A stretch of 64,000 bases of DNA from an uncultured Prevotella sp. (GTDB taxonomy: Bacteria > Bacteroidota > Bacteroidia > Bacteroidales > Bacteroidaceae), in contig URCI01000007.1 of the NCBI GenBank assembly GCA_900546345.1, positions 26,311 through 90,310 of the forward strand. Reading direction: 5' to 3'. The notes under the pieces were generated by a model that was not told where the DNA came from, did not search any database, and worked only from the letters and a program-made list of their open reading frames with translations. Shown piece after piece: positions 1-10,388 of the stretch (the first letter of the stretch is position 1; each line of letters opens with the position of its first letter). Position numbers and translations under genes: made by a program.

Positions 1-1
1 T

Positions 2-1195
2 GGCACGACACTCTCCGATCACGATAATATATACTCCTATTCCTCAAATGGTGTGAACGTGAAAGTGCCTAAGGGAGCCACTGCATCGTGGTATCTCGAC
101 TCGCGTTGCAACTACACGGGTCAGCTTACTGGCGGCGGAACGCTCAACCTCTACTCACGGAGTACACGCGCTTACCTCAAAGGCTATTGGGGCGACTTCA
201 CGGGACGGCTGAACATTGCCGGGAAGAAGACGGGCAGCTATGCCCCCATGCTCTTTGTGCAGGGCAGCCTGAAGAATGCGGAGGTCAACGCCACGATAAC
301 TTTGGACAACAATGGCAGCAATGTTGCTGTCGGCAGCATGAGCGGTTCGGCTCAACTCGACGGAAAGGGTATCTGGTCGATTGGCGGTAACGACAAGGAC
401 TTCACCTTCCAGGGATATGTCAATGGCGGCGGACTCGTCAAGATCGGCAATGGCATGATGACCATCGGCAAGAAGCAGGACAAGCTCAGCAAGCAGGTCG
501 ACGTGCAGGGCGGTACGCTCAACATCAACAGCAGTGCTACGGCTATCACCGCTGACAACAGATGGTTTGGCCAACAGACCGTCAGCGTCACTAATGGCGG
601 ATGCTTTGCCGGACGTGGCGTCGTGGAGAAGATCCTCGTCAACGATGGCGGAACACTGCAACCGGGCAACGCTGACAATTCCATTCAGTATGGAGCACTG
701 AAGACTGCCAGCGGATGCTATCTCTATAAGGGAGCCAAGGTCTTGTTCAATATCTACTCTACCAAGCTCTATCCTTCACTGGGCACCGATGGCACTCTCT
801 CGCTGGCTGACGGGTCTACAGTGGCCGTTGCGCTCAACAGCAAGTACGCGCCCAAGGCCGGAGATACCTTCACGCTTTGGGACGTCAACACGCTCAGTGC
901 CTCGGCCGACGGCGTGACACTGCAGTTGCCCGCACTGCCCAATGGCCTTGCCTGGGACACTACCGAGCTCTTCCAACAGAAGGGTCTGCTGAAGGTCGTC
1001 ACCGCAACAGGCATCAACCAGCTCACCGCTGATGCTGTCTTCCACTGCGAGGTCTTCAAGATCAACGGCACAAGAGTCGGGGTGCTCACCACTACCAAGG
1101 CAAGACTCAATGAAGATATTCGTGGCCTCCACGTCGAACCGGGACTCTATCTCGTGAAGGCAGGCGCCACAACGATGAAAGTTATTGTGAAATGA
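2..1195 (+). CDS. 5'-truncated secreted protein with autotransporter-associated beta-strand repeats and a T9SS-like C-terminal domain
   Basis: Frame is open from position 2. Gly-rich passenger-type repeats (GGLVKIGNGMMTI, VQGGTLNI, GGTLQPG); C-terminus TGI...GLYLVK...KVIVK resembles a T9SS sorting signal. Stop overlaps the next ATG. Confidence 0.7.
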   Translation, partial: GTTLSDHDNIYSYSSNGVNVKVPKGATASWYLDSRCNYTGQLTGGGTLNLYSRSTRAYLKGYWGDFTGRLNIAGKKTGSYAPMLFVQGSLKNAEVNATITLDNNGSNVAVGSMSGSAQLDGKGIWSIGGNDKDFTFQGYVNGGGLVKIGNGMMTIGKKQDKLSKQVDVQGGTLNINSSATAITADNRWFGQQTVSVTNGGCFAGRGVVEKILVNDGGTLQPGNADNSIQYGALKTASGCYLYKGAKVLFNIYSTKLYPSLGTDGTLSLADGSTVAVALNSKYAPKAGDTFTLWDVNTLSASADGVTLQLPALPNGLAWDTTELFQQKGLLKVVTATGINQLTADAVFHCEVFKINGTRVGVLTTTKARLNEDIRGLHVEPGLYLVKAGATTMKVIVK

Positions 1196-3264
1196 TCCAT
1201 TCCCTCTCATTACTTCTCTTTCCGGCCCTCTTAGGACTGGGAGGGGAAGCTGACCGTCACACTTGCACTTCCTTGCCGCAAGACAGGCAGGGACTTGAGC
1301 ATCTCGACCGCGGACTCGTCGTAGCCCGTGGCGAGAAGCCCGGCAGCTACTTTGCCTCTTGGCGCTCGCTGGCCGGTGACGAGTCAGACCTGCGCTTCAC
1401 GCTGTTGCGCGACGGCAAGCCCTTGGCGCATCAACCGCAACGGGCCACGTCGATGCAGGTGCAGGGCACACCGCACAGCCGATGGCAGGTAGTCGCCGTT
1501 CATGCCGACGGCCACCGCGACTCCTCGGCCGTCGTGATGCCCTGGACACAGCCGATGCTCCGCCTCCAACTCGACAAGCCTGCCGCAGGAGAGGACTATG
1601 ACTACACGCCCAACGACTGTTCGGTGGGCGATGTCGACGGCGACGGACAATACGAGCTCTTCGTGAAATGGGAACCCACCAATGCCCGCGACAACTCAAT
1701 GGACGGTATGACCGGACCGGTATTCATAGACTGCTACAAACTGAGCTTGCAGGGCGACGGGCTGGCCACCAGGCTTTGGCGCATTGATCTCGGCGAGAAC
1801 ATCCGGGCAGGAGCACACTATACGCAGTTCATGGTCTTTGACTTCGACGGCGACGGACGGGCTGAGATGATGTGCAAGACCGCACCGGGATCGGTCGACG
1901 GCACCGGACGCTATGTCAGCCAAGCAGCTACGGACAGCACGATTCTTGCCGTGGACAACCACCGCGACTGGCGCAACCGCCGTGGCCGTGTGGCTGGAGG
2001 TCAGGAATATCTCACCGTCTTTGACGGACTGTCAGGACGCGCTCTCCACACCGTGTTCTATGAACCTAACCGCGACACCACCATTGGCGGCGAGGCCCCC
2101 GGCACCTTTGACTGGGACAGCGACCGGCACATCTTAGACAATGCTAACTATGGCAACCGCGGCGAGCGCTATCTTGCTGCCGTGGCCTTCCTGCAAGGTC
2201 GTGACCACAACCCCTCCGCCATCTTCACCCGCGGCTACTACTCCTATGCCTTTGCCTGGGCTGTGGACTTCGACGGCCACCGGCTCAAGACACGCTGGCT
2301 CCACGCTTCGCGCGACAGCAAGCAATATTCGGTTACTGATTCCCTGAGACATACTACTTCTTACGATGCGGCACCACCCACCAGTGGGTCGGGGAGTGCC
2401 ACACTTTTTGCCAACGGCAACCACAACCTCAGCGTTGCGGATGTCGACGGCGACGGCCGTGACGAGTTGCTGTGGGGCTCGGCGGCACTCGACGACGACG
2501 GCCGGGTGCTCTATGCCACCGGCTTCGGTCATGGCGACGCCCTGCACGTCTTTGCCATGAATCCCCGGCGCAAGGGCTTGCAAGTCTTCGACGTGCATGA
2601 GAATAAAGGACCATACGCCTGGGACATCCACGATGCCGCCACAGGAGAGATACTCTTCAAGGGAGGTCCCAAAGGTGTTGACAACGGACGCGGACTGGCA
2701 GCCAACCTCTCGGACAAAGCCGCGGGGGCTCTGTTCACCAGTGCCGGTGACAGCAGCCTGCGCTCGGCAGTGACGGGAAAGGTGTTCTCTACGACCCACT
2801 CTTCCATCAACTTCCGCATCTACTGGGATGGCGACGAGCAGGACGAGCTCCTTGATGGGGTCAACATCCAAAAGTGGAGCCCCTCTGGGAGAACCACACT
2901 CGGAATCTTCGGCCCGGTCAACGATCCGAACAGCAACGCCGATGAGCCGAAGGAAGGACGACGACGCCGTGGCTCCGGCCGCACTTATTCTTTCCAACGG
3001 CCTTCGGTGTCGTTTCAAGGCTATGGCAATCCAGCGTCGAACAACTGGACGAAAAACAATCCCTGCCTGCAGGCCGACCTCTTCGGTGACTGGCGCGAGG
3101 AGGTCGTCTACCGCGATCGCGACGACAACAGCGTCATCTACATCTATATGTCGCAGATACCTACCGCGTTCCGCCATGTCACGCTCATGCACGATCCGCT
3201 TTATCGCCTCGGCATCGCTTGGCAAAACGTGGGCTACAACCAACCGCCACATGCGGTAGAATGA
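1192..3264 (+). CDS. rhamnogalacturonan lyase, PL11 (YesW/YesX-like)
   Basis: Motifs YTPNDCSVGDVDGDGQYE, NIRAGAHYTQFMVFDFDGDG, GNHNLSVADVDGDGRDE, GHGDALH, TLMHDPLYRLGIAWQNVGYNQPPH. Confidence 0.93.
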   Translation: MIHSLSLLLFPALLGLGGEADRHTCTSLPQDRQGLEHLDRGLVVARGEKPGSYFASWRSLAGDESDLRFTLLRDGKPLAHQPQRATSMQVQGTPHSRWQVVAVHADGHRDSSAVVMPWTQPMLRLQLDKPAAGEDYDYTPNDCSVGDVDGDGQYELFVKWEPTNARDNSMDGMTGPVFIDCYKLSLQGDGLATRLWRIDLGENIRAGAHYTQFMVFDFDGDGRAEMMCKTAPGSVDGTGRYVSQAATDSTILAVDNHRDWRNRRGRVAGGQEYLTVFDGLSGRALHTVFYEPNRDTTIGGEAPGTFDWDSDRHILDNANYGNRGERYLAAVAFLQGRDHNPSAIFTRGYYSYAFAWAVDFDGHRLKTRWLHASRDSKQYSVTDSLRHTTSYDAAPPTSGSGSATLFANGNHNLSVADVDGDGRDELLWGSAALDDDGRVLYATGFGHGDALHVFAMNPRRKGLQVFDVHENKGPYAWDIHDAATGEILFKGGPKGVDNGRGLAANLSDKAAGALFTSAGDSSLRSAVTGKVFSTTHSSINFRIYWDGDEQDELLDGVNIQKWSPSGRTTLGIFGPVNDPNSNADEPKEGRRRRGSGRTYSFQRPSVSFQGYGNPASNNWTKNNPCLQADLFGDWREEVVYRDRDDNSVIYIYMSQIPTAFRHVTLMHDPLYRLGIAWQNVGYNQPPHAVE

Positions 3265-3291
3265 GTACGGAACGTATCGCCCTTTCCCCAA

Positions 3292-3332
3292 CAGCCTCAC
3301 CCCCAACCCCTCCCCGAGAGGGAGGGGAGTAG
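3292..3332 (+). repeat. palindromic REP-like element, family A (AGCCTCACCCC..CCCCTCTCC..GGAGAGGGGAGT)
   Basis: Hairpin; related copies at about 5097, 26996, 37355, 38302, 38579 and 58768. Confidence 0.8.
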
Positions 3333-3374
3333 AATGCTGCAAGGTACGACATAGGATGATGCACGAAGTCAACA

Positions 3375-3468
3375 CTCATCATTCAACATTCATCATTGAT
3401 ATAATTCATCATTCAACATTCATCATTCATCATTGAAATAACTCATCATTCATCATACAACATTCAAC
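3375..3468. repeat. degenerate heptamer tandem repeat (CATTCAT/CATTCAA)
   Basis: Direct reading; a similar tract lies at 49696-49771. Confidence 0.75.
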
Positions 3469-3469
3469 A

Positions 3470-5092
3470 ATGAAATATATATCACTTCTTTTCCCCCTCT
3501 TGACTGTTCTGCCCCTATCGGCTCAGAATGTCGTGCCGGCACCCATGGAGGATGTCAACCATGTCGTCGACCTCACCCTTGATAGCCTGAGCAAGGCGCA
3601 GACGGCACGCATTCCCGCCGGCAGTTCGCGCCGCGGCAACAATCCCGTGCTCTTTCTCATCGGCAACTCCACCATGCGCAACGGTACACTTGGCAACGGC
3701 AACAACGGGCAGTGGGGATGGGGATTCTATGAGCACGCCTTCTGGGACGAGAACAAAATCACCGTGGAGAATCAAGCCCTTGGCGGCATGAGCAGCCGTA
3801 CCTATTATAATAAGCTATGGCCCGACGTGCGCAAAGCACTACGCCCCGGCGACTGGGTCATCATCTCCATTGGACACAACGACAACGGACCTTATGACAG
3901 TGGACGTGCCCGCGCCTCCATACCCGGTGTAGGCAAAGACTCGCTCAACGTCACCATCAAGGAGACGGGCGTCAAGGAGACGGTCTACACCTATGGCGAG
4001 TATATGCGCCGCTTCATCAACGACTGCCGCAAGGCCGGCGCACATCCCATTCTCATGTCGCTCACGCCGCGTGATGCCTATGATCCACAGACCGGAAAGA
4101 TTGTCAGAAAAATCCACACGCAGTGGTTGCAGGCCGTTGCCGCCGAGGAAGGTGTGCCCTTCATTGACCTGAACGAGATCTCGGGAACCAAGCTCGACGG
4201 GTTTAGTAAGTGGAAGGAGAAATACTATTTCTATAAAGACCATATCCACACCAGCCGTTTCGGTGCAATGATGAACGCGCGCTCGGCTGCTGAGGGCATT
4301 GCAATGAGTCCGAATCCCGCCCTCAAGCCGTTGCAGGAGATGATGCTCGACATCACGCTACCCACCTATCCCGTGCCGCGTGAACAAGGCAAGCCTGTGG
4401 TCTGGTTCACCGGTGATAGTACTGTGAAGAACGCAGACAAGGACAAGAATGGCATGTGGGGACTTGGCTCACAGGCCTATACCATCTTCGACAAAAAGAA
4501 GATTGTCTGCTACAATGCGGCCATGGCGGGACGCAGCTGCCGCACCTACCTCAACGAGGGACGGTGGGACCGTGTCTACAACTCGCTCCAGCCCGGCGAC
4601 TACGTCTTCATCCAGTTCGGTCATAACGACATCGGACCCATCGACAGCAACAAGGAGCGTGGCGAGATTGCCACGGCACAGGACACCTGCCATGTGTACA
4701 AGAGCAAGTCGAAGGGTACCTATGAGCTGGTCTATAGCTTCGGTTGGTATCTCAAGAAGTTCATCGACGATGTGCGTGAGAAGGGCGCTACACCGATTCT
4801 CGTGTCGCTCACTCCGCGCAACGAGTGGAGCAATGGACATATCGAGCGCCGCAACGACACCTATGGCAAGTGGTACCGTGAGGTCGTGGAGGCCACGGGC
4901 TGTGAGTTCGTCGACCTACACAACATTGCAGCGGACTACTACGACAAGCATTGTGGTAGTAAGGACAAGGCTGCGAAGTACTACAACCACGACCACACCC
5001 ACTCCTCGCTCCTCGGGGCGCGCACCAACGCCAAGTCGCTGGCTAAGGGCCTGCGCGACATCCACAGCCCGCTGGCGAAGTATTTGAAATAA
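3470..5092 (+). CDS. rhamnogalacturonan acetylesterase, two tandem CE12/SGNH domains
   Basis: Two GDSL-type modules: FLIGNST...GHND...DHIH and FTGDST...QFGHND...DHTH; signal peptide. Confidence 0.88.
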   Translation: MKYISLLFPLLTVLPLSAQNVVPAPMEDVNHVVDLTLDSLSKAQTARIPAGSSRRGNNPVLFLIGNSTMRNGTLGNGNNGQWGWGFYEHAFWDENKITVENQALGGMSSRTYYNKLWPDVRKALRPGDWVIISIGHNDNGPYDSGRARASIPGVGKDSLNVTIKETGVKETVYTYGEYMRRFINDCRKAGAHPILMSLTPRDAYDPQTGKIVRKIHTQWLQAVAAEEGVPFIDLNEISGTKLDGFSKWKEKYYFYKDHIHTSRFGAMMNARSAAEGIAMSPNPALKPLQEMMLDITLPTYPVPREQGKPVVWFTGDSTVKNADKDKNGMWGLGSQAYTIFDKKKIVCYNAAMAGRSCRTYLNEGRWDRVYNSLQPGDYVFIQFGHNDIGPIDSNKERGEIATAQDTCHVYKSKSKGTYELVYSFGWYLKKFIDDVREKGATPILVSLTPRNEWSNGHIERRNDTYGKWYREVVEATGCEFVDLHNIAADYYDKHCGSKDKAAKYYNHDHTHSSLLGARTNAKSLAKGLRDIHSPLAKYLK

Positions 5093-5220
5093 GAGAAGCC
5101 CTTCCCTAACCCTCCCCAAGGGGAGGGAAATGCTATACCAAGTGGGTGGAAGGCTTAGTTGTTTGTAAAACATAGTTTGAAAGAACTGAAAACTGAATAC
5201 AGAAAACTAATAATAAGACA

Positions 5221-8200
5221 ATGAACCGACGACTCTTATCCTTGCTTCTCTGTCTCTTGGGCACCTTGCCCATGCTGGCAGAGACCGGCGCCGACAGCGT
5301 GCTGACTCTGGCCCGCCGTGTCAACGACCGCTTCATGACGGTATATGCCGACCCTACGCGGCCTACCTTTGTGAAGAAGGTGCGGCCGAGCTCGTTGTGG
5401 ACACGCGCCGTGTACTACGAGGGGCTTATGGCACTCTACGCCATCGACCCTCGGCAATGCTATCTCGATTATGCCGACCGGTGGGGCGCCTTTCACCATT
5501 GGGCGCCACGCGACGGCATAACCACCACCGATGCCGACAACCAGTGTTGCGCTCAGACTTATCTTGAGCGCTACGCTATGACGGGCGACACGCTGATGGT
5601 CAGTAGCGTCAAGGCTAACCTTGAACACCAGATGGCTACCGGACGCTATGACTATTGGACATGGATCGATGCCATACAGATGGCTATGCCGGTGTATGTA
5701 AAATACTATAGTATCACCGGCGACCACCGCTATCTCGACTATGCCATCAACAGCTATCTGTGGAGCCGCAACATCTGTGGTGGCGGACTCTTCAATAAGA
5801 AGGAAGGACTGTGGTGGCGCGATAAGGACTATGTGCCACCATACCGTGAGCAGGATGGTAACTACTGCTATTGGAGCCGGGGCAACGGCTGGGTCTACGC
5901 GGCTCTGTTGCGGTGCATGGATGTCCTCGACAACAACACGAAAGAATACAAGCTGTTGAAGAAGGACTTCCTCGCAATGTCCAAGGCGCTGCTGCACTGT
6001 CAGCGTACCGACGGCTTCTGGAATGTCAGTCTCCACTCTCCGGCTACCTATGGCGGGCCGGAGATGACGGGCACGGCGCTCTTCCTCTACGGCATGAGCT
6101 GGGGCATACGCCACGGACTGCTCGCCGCCGCTGACTATCGGCCGGCCTGCGACAAGGCCTGGCGGGCACTCACGACCTGCGTACATCCCGACGGCTTCCT
6201 CGGTTGGAACCAGGGCACGGGTAAGGATCCGTCGGCCGGACAGCCGCTCAGCTATGACAAGATGCCCGATTTCGAGGACTATGGTACGGGTTGCTGGCTG
6301 CTCGGCGCTACGGAATATGCGCGGATGATGCAACCAGTGCTCAATGCCTGCTTGCCCTTTGTACTGCCCGAGGCCCGTCCCGGCACCCGTTGGTGGTGGT
6401 TCGGTTCGGCCGTCGATGAGGCTGGCCTGAAAGCCAACCTCGACGCACTGCATCGCGTAGGTATAGGTGCTGTGGAGATCACACCTATCTATGGTGTACA
6501 GGGCAACGAGGCTCACGAACTGTCTTATCTCTCTCCCGAATGGATGCGTGCCGTGCAGTTCACCGAGCGCACGGCGGCGGCCGACAGCGTGGAGGTGGAC
6601 ATGAACAATGGCACGGGATGGCCCTTTGGCGGTCCTTGGGTGCCCATCGACGAGGCAGCGTGCAAGGCGTTTTTTGTCGACACACTGGTGAGCAATAAGG
6701 CTGACATCAGCAAACTGACCTTTTCCATACCCGACAATGAAAAGAAATACGCGCGACTGACGGCTGTGAGGAGCTTCAAAACAGCAGACAAGCACCGCCA
6801 AAGAGTGATTGCCCTCTTCCTTAGCCGTACCCTTCAGCGTGTGAAGCGGGCCGCTCCCGGTGGCGAGGGATGGGTCATTGATCACTTTGACTCGCTGGCC
6901 GTGGCGCACTATCTCCAGCATATCGACTCGGCATTTACGGCCAGCCACACGCCTTATCCCCATACCTTCTTCAACGACTCCTACGAAGTCTACGGAGCCA
7001 ACTGGACGCCCCGGCTGCTCGAAGAGTTTCAGGCACGGCGTGGCTACAACCTTTTGGACAGCCTCGACCGCTTTGTCGACGGCGACGCACAGGTGGTCTG
7101 CGACTATCGCGAGACGCTCTCCGACCTGCTCTATCACAACTTCACGCAGCAGTGGACGGCATGGGCCCACAATCACGGTGCCCTCGTGCGCAACCAGGCT
7201 CACGGCTCTCCCGCCAACCTGCTCGACCTCTACGGCACTGTCGACATCCCCGAGATCGAGGGCTTCGGACTGTCCGACTTCGGCATCAAGGGTCTGCGGC
7301 GCGATCCAGGATTCACGCGACCCAACTTCAGCGACGTCAGCATGTTGAAGTATGCGTCCTCTGCTGCCCACGTCACGGGTAAGCCTTTCACCTCCAGCGA
7401 AACCTTCACCTGGCTCACCGAGCATTTCCGCACGTCATTGAGCCAGATGAAGCCCGACCTCGACCTGATGTTCTCCTGCGGTGTCAACCACATGTTCTTC
7501 CACGGCACACCCTACAGTCCGCGTAACGCACGCTGGCCGGGATGGCAGTTCTACGCCTCGGTCAACATGAGTCCCACCAATTCTACTTGGCGCGACGCAC
7601 CCTGGCTGATGGATTATATCCGTCGTTGCCAAAGCTTCCTGCAATGGGGAGAGCCCGACAACGACTTTCTCGTCATCTTGCCTGTGAAGAAGATGTGGAA
7701 GAAAGATACCCGTCATCCGCTGATGCTCTTCGACATCCACTCCATGGACAAGAAGGCGCCGGAGTTTATCCGTGCCATCCGTGAGATCGACTCCTTGGGC
7801 TATGACTGCGACTATATCAGTGAGCGGCAGCTCGCCCGCGCCAAGAAGGTGGGTGAGCAATGGATCACGGAGGCGGGCACCCGCTACCGTGGACTCATCG
7901 ATTCGACCAAGCCTATCAACAGTCAGGCACTCGCCCGGCTTGCCCAGGCTGAGCCGATGCGCACGCAGCTGCACTTGAGAGCGATCCGACGCAGAAACGG
8001 CATGGGCTATCACTATTTCATCGCAAACCTAACACCCAACGATGTAGACAGCTACGTACCGCTTGCCGTAGCGTGGCACGACGCGCTGTGGTACGATCCA
8101 TTGACGGGCCAGCGCTATGCCGTGGAGCAGCGCAACGGTCAGTTGCACGTTGTGCTGCGGAGTGGCGAGAGCATGATTCTCCAGACCTTCGACCGCGCGC

Positions 8201-8754
8201 TGCCTCAGTCGCTTGCCGCTCTGCCCCTCCGTGCCTTGCCGGGTGGCCAAACCAAAGCGCTTGCAGGTCCTTGGCAATTCGCCTTTGAGCAGTCGACACC
8301 GGCGGTACGCCGCACGTGGACACTCGACAGGCCACAGACATGGGAAATGCTTGGCGACGACAGTGCTGCCGTGACAATGGGCAGCGGAGCCTATTCCACC
8401 ACGTTTCGCCTGAGCGCTGATGAGGCCCGCCGACCTTGGTTGCTCGACCTCGGCGATGTGCGTGAGTCGGCAGAGGTATGGGTCAACGGCCACTTTGCAG
8501 GTTGCGCGTGGTCTGTGCCGTTTACGCTCGACGTGAGCGGACTGTTGAAGAAAGGCGACAACACGTTGCGCATCGTGGTCACCAACCTCCCTGCCAACCG
8601 CATCGCGGACATGGATCGCCGCGGCATCAAATGGCGCGTGATGAAAGACATCAACGTCGTGGACTTGCAATACCGTAAGACCAGCTATGCCGGTTGGGCT
8701 CCCATGAAGAGCGGACTCAACGGTAGCGTCAGACTAGTAGCACTCCATCAGTAA
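5221..8754 (+). CDS. fused GH105 unsaturated rhamnogalacturonyl hydrolase and GH106 alpha-L-rhamnosidase
   Basis: N-terminal half has WTWIDAIQMAMP, YWSRGNGW, ExTGTALF; C-terminal half has RPGTRWWWFG, FFNDSYE, RNQAHG, SSETFTW, LDLGDV. Confidence 0.88.
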   Translation: MNRRLLSLLLCLLGTLPMLAETGADSVLTLARRVNDRFMTVYADPTRPTFVKKVRPSSLWTRAVYYEGLMALYAIDPRQCYLDYADRWGAFHHWAPRDGITTTDADNQCCAQTYLERYAMTGDTLMVSSVKANLEHQMATGRYDYWTWIDAIQMAMPVYVKYYSITGDHRYLDYAINSYLWSRNICGGGLFNKKEGLWWRDKDYVPPYREQDGNYCYWSRGNGWVYAALLRCMDVLDNNTKEYKLLKKDFLAMSKALLHCQRTDGFWNVSLHSPATYGGPEMTGTALFLYGMSWGIRHGLLAAADYRPACDKAWRALTTCVHPDGFLGWNQGTGKDPSAGQPLSYDKMPDFEDYGTGCWLLGATEYARMMQPVLNACLPFVLPEARPGTRWWWFGSAVDEAGLKANLDALHRVGIGAVEITPIYGVQGNEAHELSYLSPEWMRAVQFTERTAAADSVEVDMNNGTGWPFGGPWVPIDEAACKAFFVDTLVSNKADISKLTFSIPDNEKKYARLTAVRSFKTADKHRQRVIALFLSRTLQRVKRAAPGGEGWVIDHFDSLAVAHYLQHIDSAFTASHTPYPHTFFNDSYEVYGANWTPRLLEEFQARRGYNLLDSLDRFVDGDAQVVCDYRETLSDLLYHNFTQQWTAWAHNHGALVRNQAHGSPANLLDLYGTVDIPEIEGFGLSDFGIKGLRRDPGFTRPNFSDVSMLKYASSAAHVTGKPFTSSETFTWLTEHFRTSLSQMKPDLDLMFSCGVNHMFFHGTPYSPRNARWPGWQFYASVNMSPTNSTWRDAPWLMDYIRRCQSFLQWGEPDNDFLVILPVKKMWKKDTRHPLMLFDIHSMDKKAPEFIRAIREIDSLGYDCDYISERQLARAKKVGEQWITEAGTRYRGLIDSTKPINSQALARLAQAEPMRTQLHLRAIRRRNGMGYHYFIANLTPNDVDSYVPLAVAWHDALWYDPLTGQRYAVEQRNGQLHVVLRSGESMILQTFDRALPQSLAALPLRALPGGQTKALAGPWQFAFEQSTPAVRRTWTLDRPQTWEMLGDDSAAVTMGSGAYSTTFRLSADEARRPWLLDLGDVRESAEVWVNGHFAGCAWSVPFTLDVSGLLKKGDNTLRIVVTNLPANRIADMDRRGIKWRVMKDINVVDLQYRKTSYAGWAPMKSGLNGSVRLVALHQ

Positions 8755-8860
8755 CCAACACCATACATGTGAAGACCAAATTCATATATCGTGCAGGTTG
8801 ATGAGCTGTTAAATGCGAGGCGCTCTACACCTTATTATATATATAACGAAAACAAAAGCA

Positions 8861-10156
8861 ATGAAACATATCCTTCTTTTCCTTCTGCTGCTCTGTTGCG
8901 GCAGCGCAAGTGCAGACAGCTGGCCTGACGGCACACCGATGGACGCATGGTTCAGCGACACCACGAAGGTGGATGTCCATAGCCTCGGTAAGCAGTATGT
9001 CGTCACCGACTATGGCGTGAGCACCAACCCCAACGTCGTGCAGACGGCAGCTTTGCAGGCCGTCATCGACCGTTGCCAGCGTGAGGGTGGGGGTGTGGTC
9101 GTCATCCCGTCGGGCACTTTTCTCAGCGGTGCGCTGTTCTTCAAGCCGGGCACCCATCTCCATCTCTGCGAGGGAGCCACGTTGAAAGGCTCGGACCGCA
9201 TTGCCGACTTTCCCGTGCTGACGACTCGTTTCGAAGGTGAGACCTGCAAGTATTTTGCCGCTCTCGTCAATGCCGATCATGTCGACGGCTTCACGATCAC
9301 CGGCAAGGGCACCATCGACGGCAACGGCTATCCCTATTGGCAGGAGTTCTGGATACGGCGGCAGTGGAATCCCGCCTGCACCAACAAGGACGCACAGCGC
9401 CCGCGACTGGTATATATCAGCAACTCCAGTCGCGTCACCGTACAGGACGTGCATCTGATGAACAGTCCCGTGTGGACCAACCATCTCTACAACTGTGACC
9501 ACGTGCGCTATCTCGACTGCTTCATCTTTGCGCCTACTCAGGGCGTAAAAGCTCCGAGCAGCGACGCCATCGACATCGACAAGTGCCATGACATCCTTGT
9601 GCGTGGCTGTTACATGAACGTCAACGACGACGCTGTAGTGCTCAAGGGCGGCAAGGGCACCTACGCCGACACCATGGCCGTCAACGGCCCTGTGTCGCGC
9701 GTGATCGTGGAGAACTGCTGCTACGGCACCGTTCACAGCATGCTCACCCTCGGTTCGGAGAGTCTTTATGACAGCAATATCATCATGCGCAACTGCACGA
9801 GTGAGAACGCTGACCGCGTGCTGTGGCTGAAAATGCGTCCCGACACCCCACAGCGTTATGAACACATACGTGTGGAGGGTATTCGCGGTAAGGCACGCAA
9901 CGGTCTTGTTATTCGTCCGTGGACGCAGTTCTTTCAACCATTGAAGCGTCGTGATATGCCGAGGTCCCTTTGTCGCTTCGTCACTTTGAAGGACATCGTG
10001 TTGGAGAGTCCCCAGTTCTTTGATGTCTCCGCCAGCGACAAGTATAGTCTTTCCGACTTCTCTTTCGAGAACATACGGATCATCGAGCCTTCGAAAGGCG
10101 ATGCCGGCGTGTTGTTGAAACAAAGAACCATCAAGGACGTTTTAAAAACGAAATAG
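8861..10156 (+). CDS. GH28 polygalacturonase/rhamnogalacturonase family hydrolase
   Basis: SSDAID, NDDAVVLKGG, TLGSE motifs. ATG at 8861 begins a signal peptide and is preferred to the ORF-track start at 8813. Confidence 0.88.
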   Translation: MKHILLFLLLLCCGSASADSWPDGTPMDAWFSDTTKVDVHSLGKQYVVTDYGVSTNPNVVQTAALQAVIDRCQREGGGVVVIPSGTFLSGALFFKPGTHLHLCEGATLKGSDRIADFPVLTTRFEGETCKYFAALVNADHVDGFTITGKGTIDGNGYPYWQEFWIRRQWNPACTNKDAQRPRLVYISNSSRVTVQDVHLMNSPVWTNHLYNCDHVRYLDCFIFAPTQGVKAPSSDAIDIDKCHDILVRGCYMNVNDDAVVLKGGKGTYADTMAVNGPVSRVIVENCCYGTVHSMLTLGSESLYDSNIIMRNCTSENADRVLWLKMRPDTPQRYEHIRVEGIRGKARNGLVIRPWTQFFQPLKRRDMPRSLCRFVTLKDIVLESPQFFDVSASDKYSLSDFSFENIRIIEPSKGDAGVLLKQRTIKDVLKTK

Positions 10157-10182
10157 TTTTGTTGCATTCATTCTAAGTTTTT

Positions 10183-10219
10183 GGAGGCTTGTGCTGTCGA
10201 TAGCACGGGCCCCTTTTTT
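10183..10219 (+). terminator. intrinsic terminator after the GH28 gene
   Basis: GGCTTGTGCT-loop-AGCACGGGCC stem followed by a T run. Confidence 0.7.
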
Positions 10220-10304
10220 ACTTATGCTTCTGCAAACGGATAAAATGTCTGTGATGGGCGTAGAAATATGCGGAGGAAAGCGCCTATAAAAGGCAAATCT
10301 TTTG

Positions 10305-10312
10305 TATCTTTG
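10305..10312 (+). promoter_or_regulatory. Bacteroidota -7 promoter element (TATCTTTG) for the HTCS gene
   Basis: Matches TAnnTTTG; implies the true start lies downstream of 10302. Confidence 0.6.
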
Positions 10313-10388
10313 CAAAATCATTAGAAATCAAAGATACCGAACCTTGAATACTAACTCTTATTTTATTATAAGGAGAATAGCGTGTGTC

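Noticed and set aside
5236..7425. Long antisense ORFs (729 aa here; also 2134-3375, 8825-10123, 27023-28333, 38570-39571, 40308-41423, 62209-63303)
   Set aside because: These are shadows of real genes with high GC3 and have no recognisable motifs.
10302..10388. ORF-track extended starts (HTCS 10302, GH28 8813, GNAT-nitrilase 40261, 58231)
   Set aside because: The extensions run through promoter motifs or intergenic repeats; downstream ATGs fit better.
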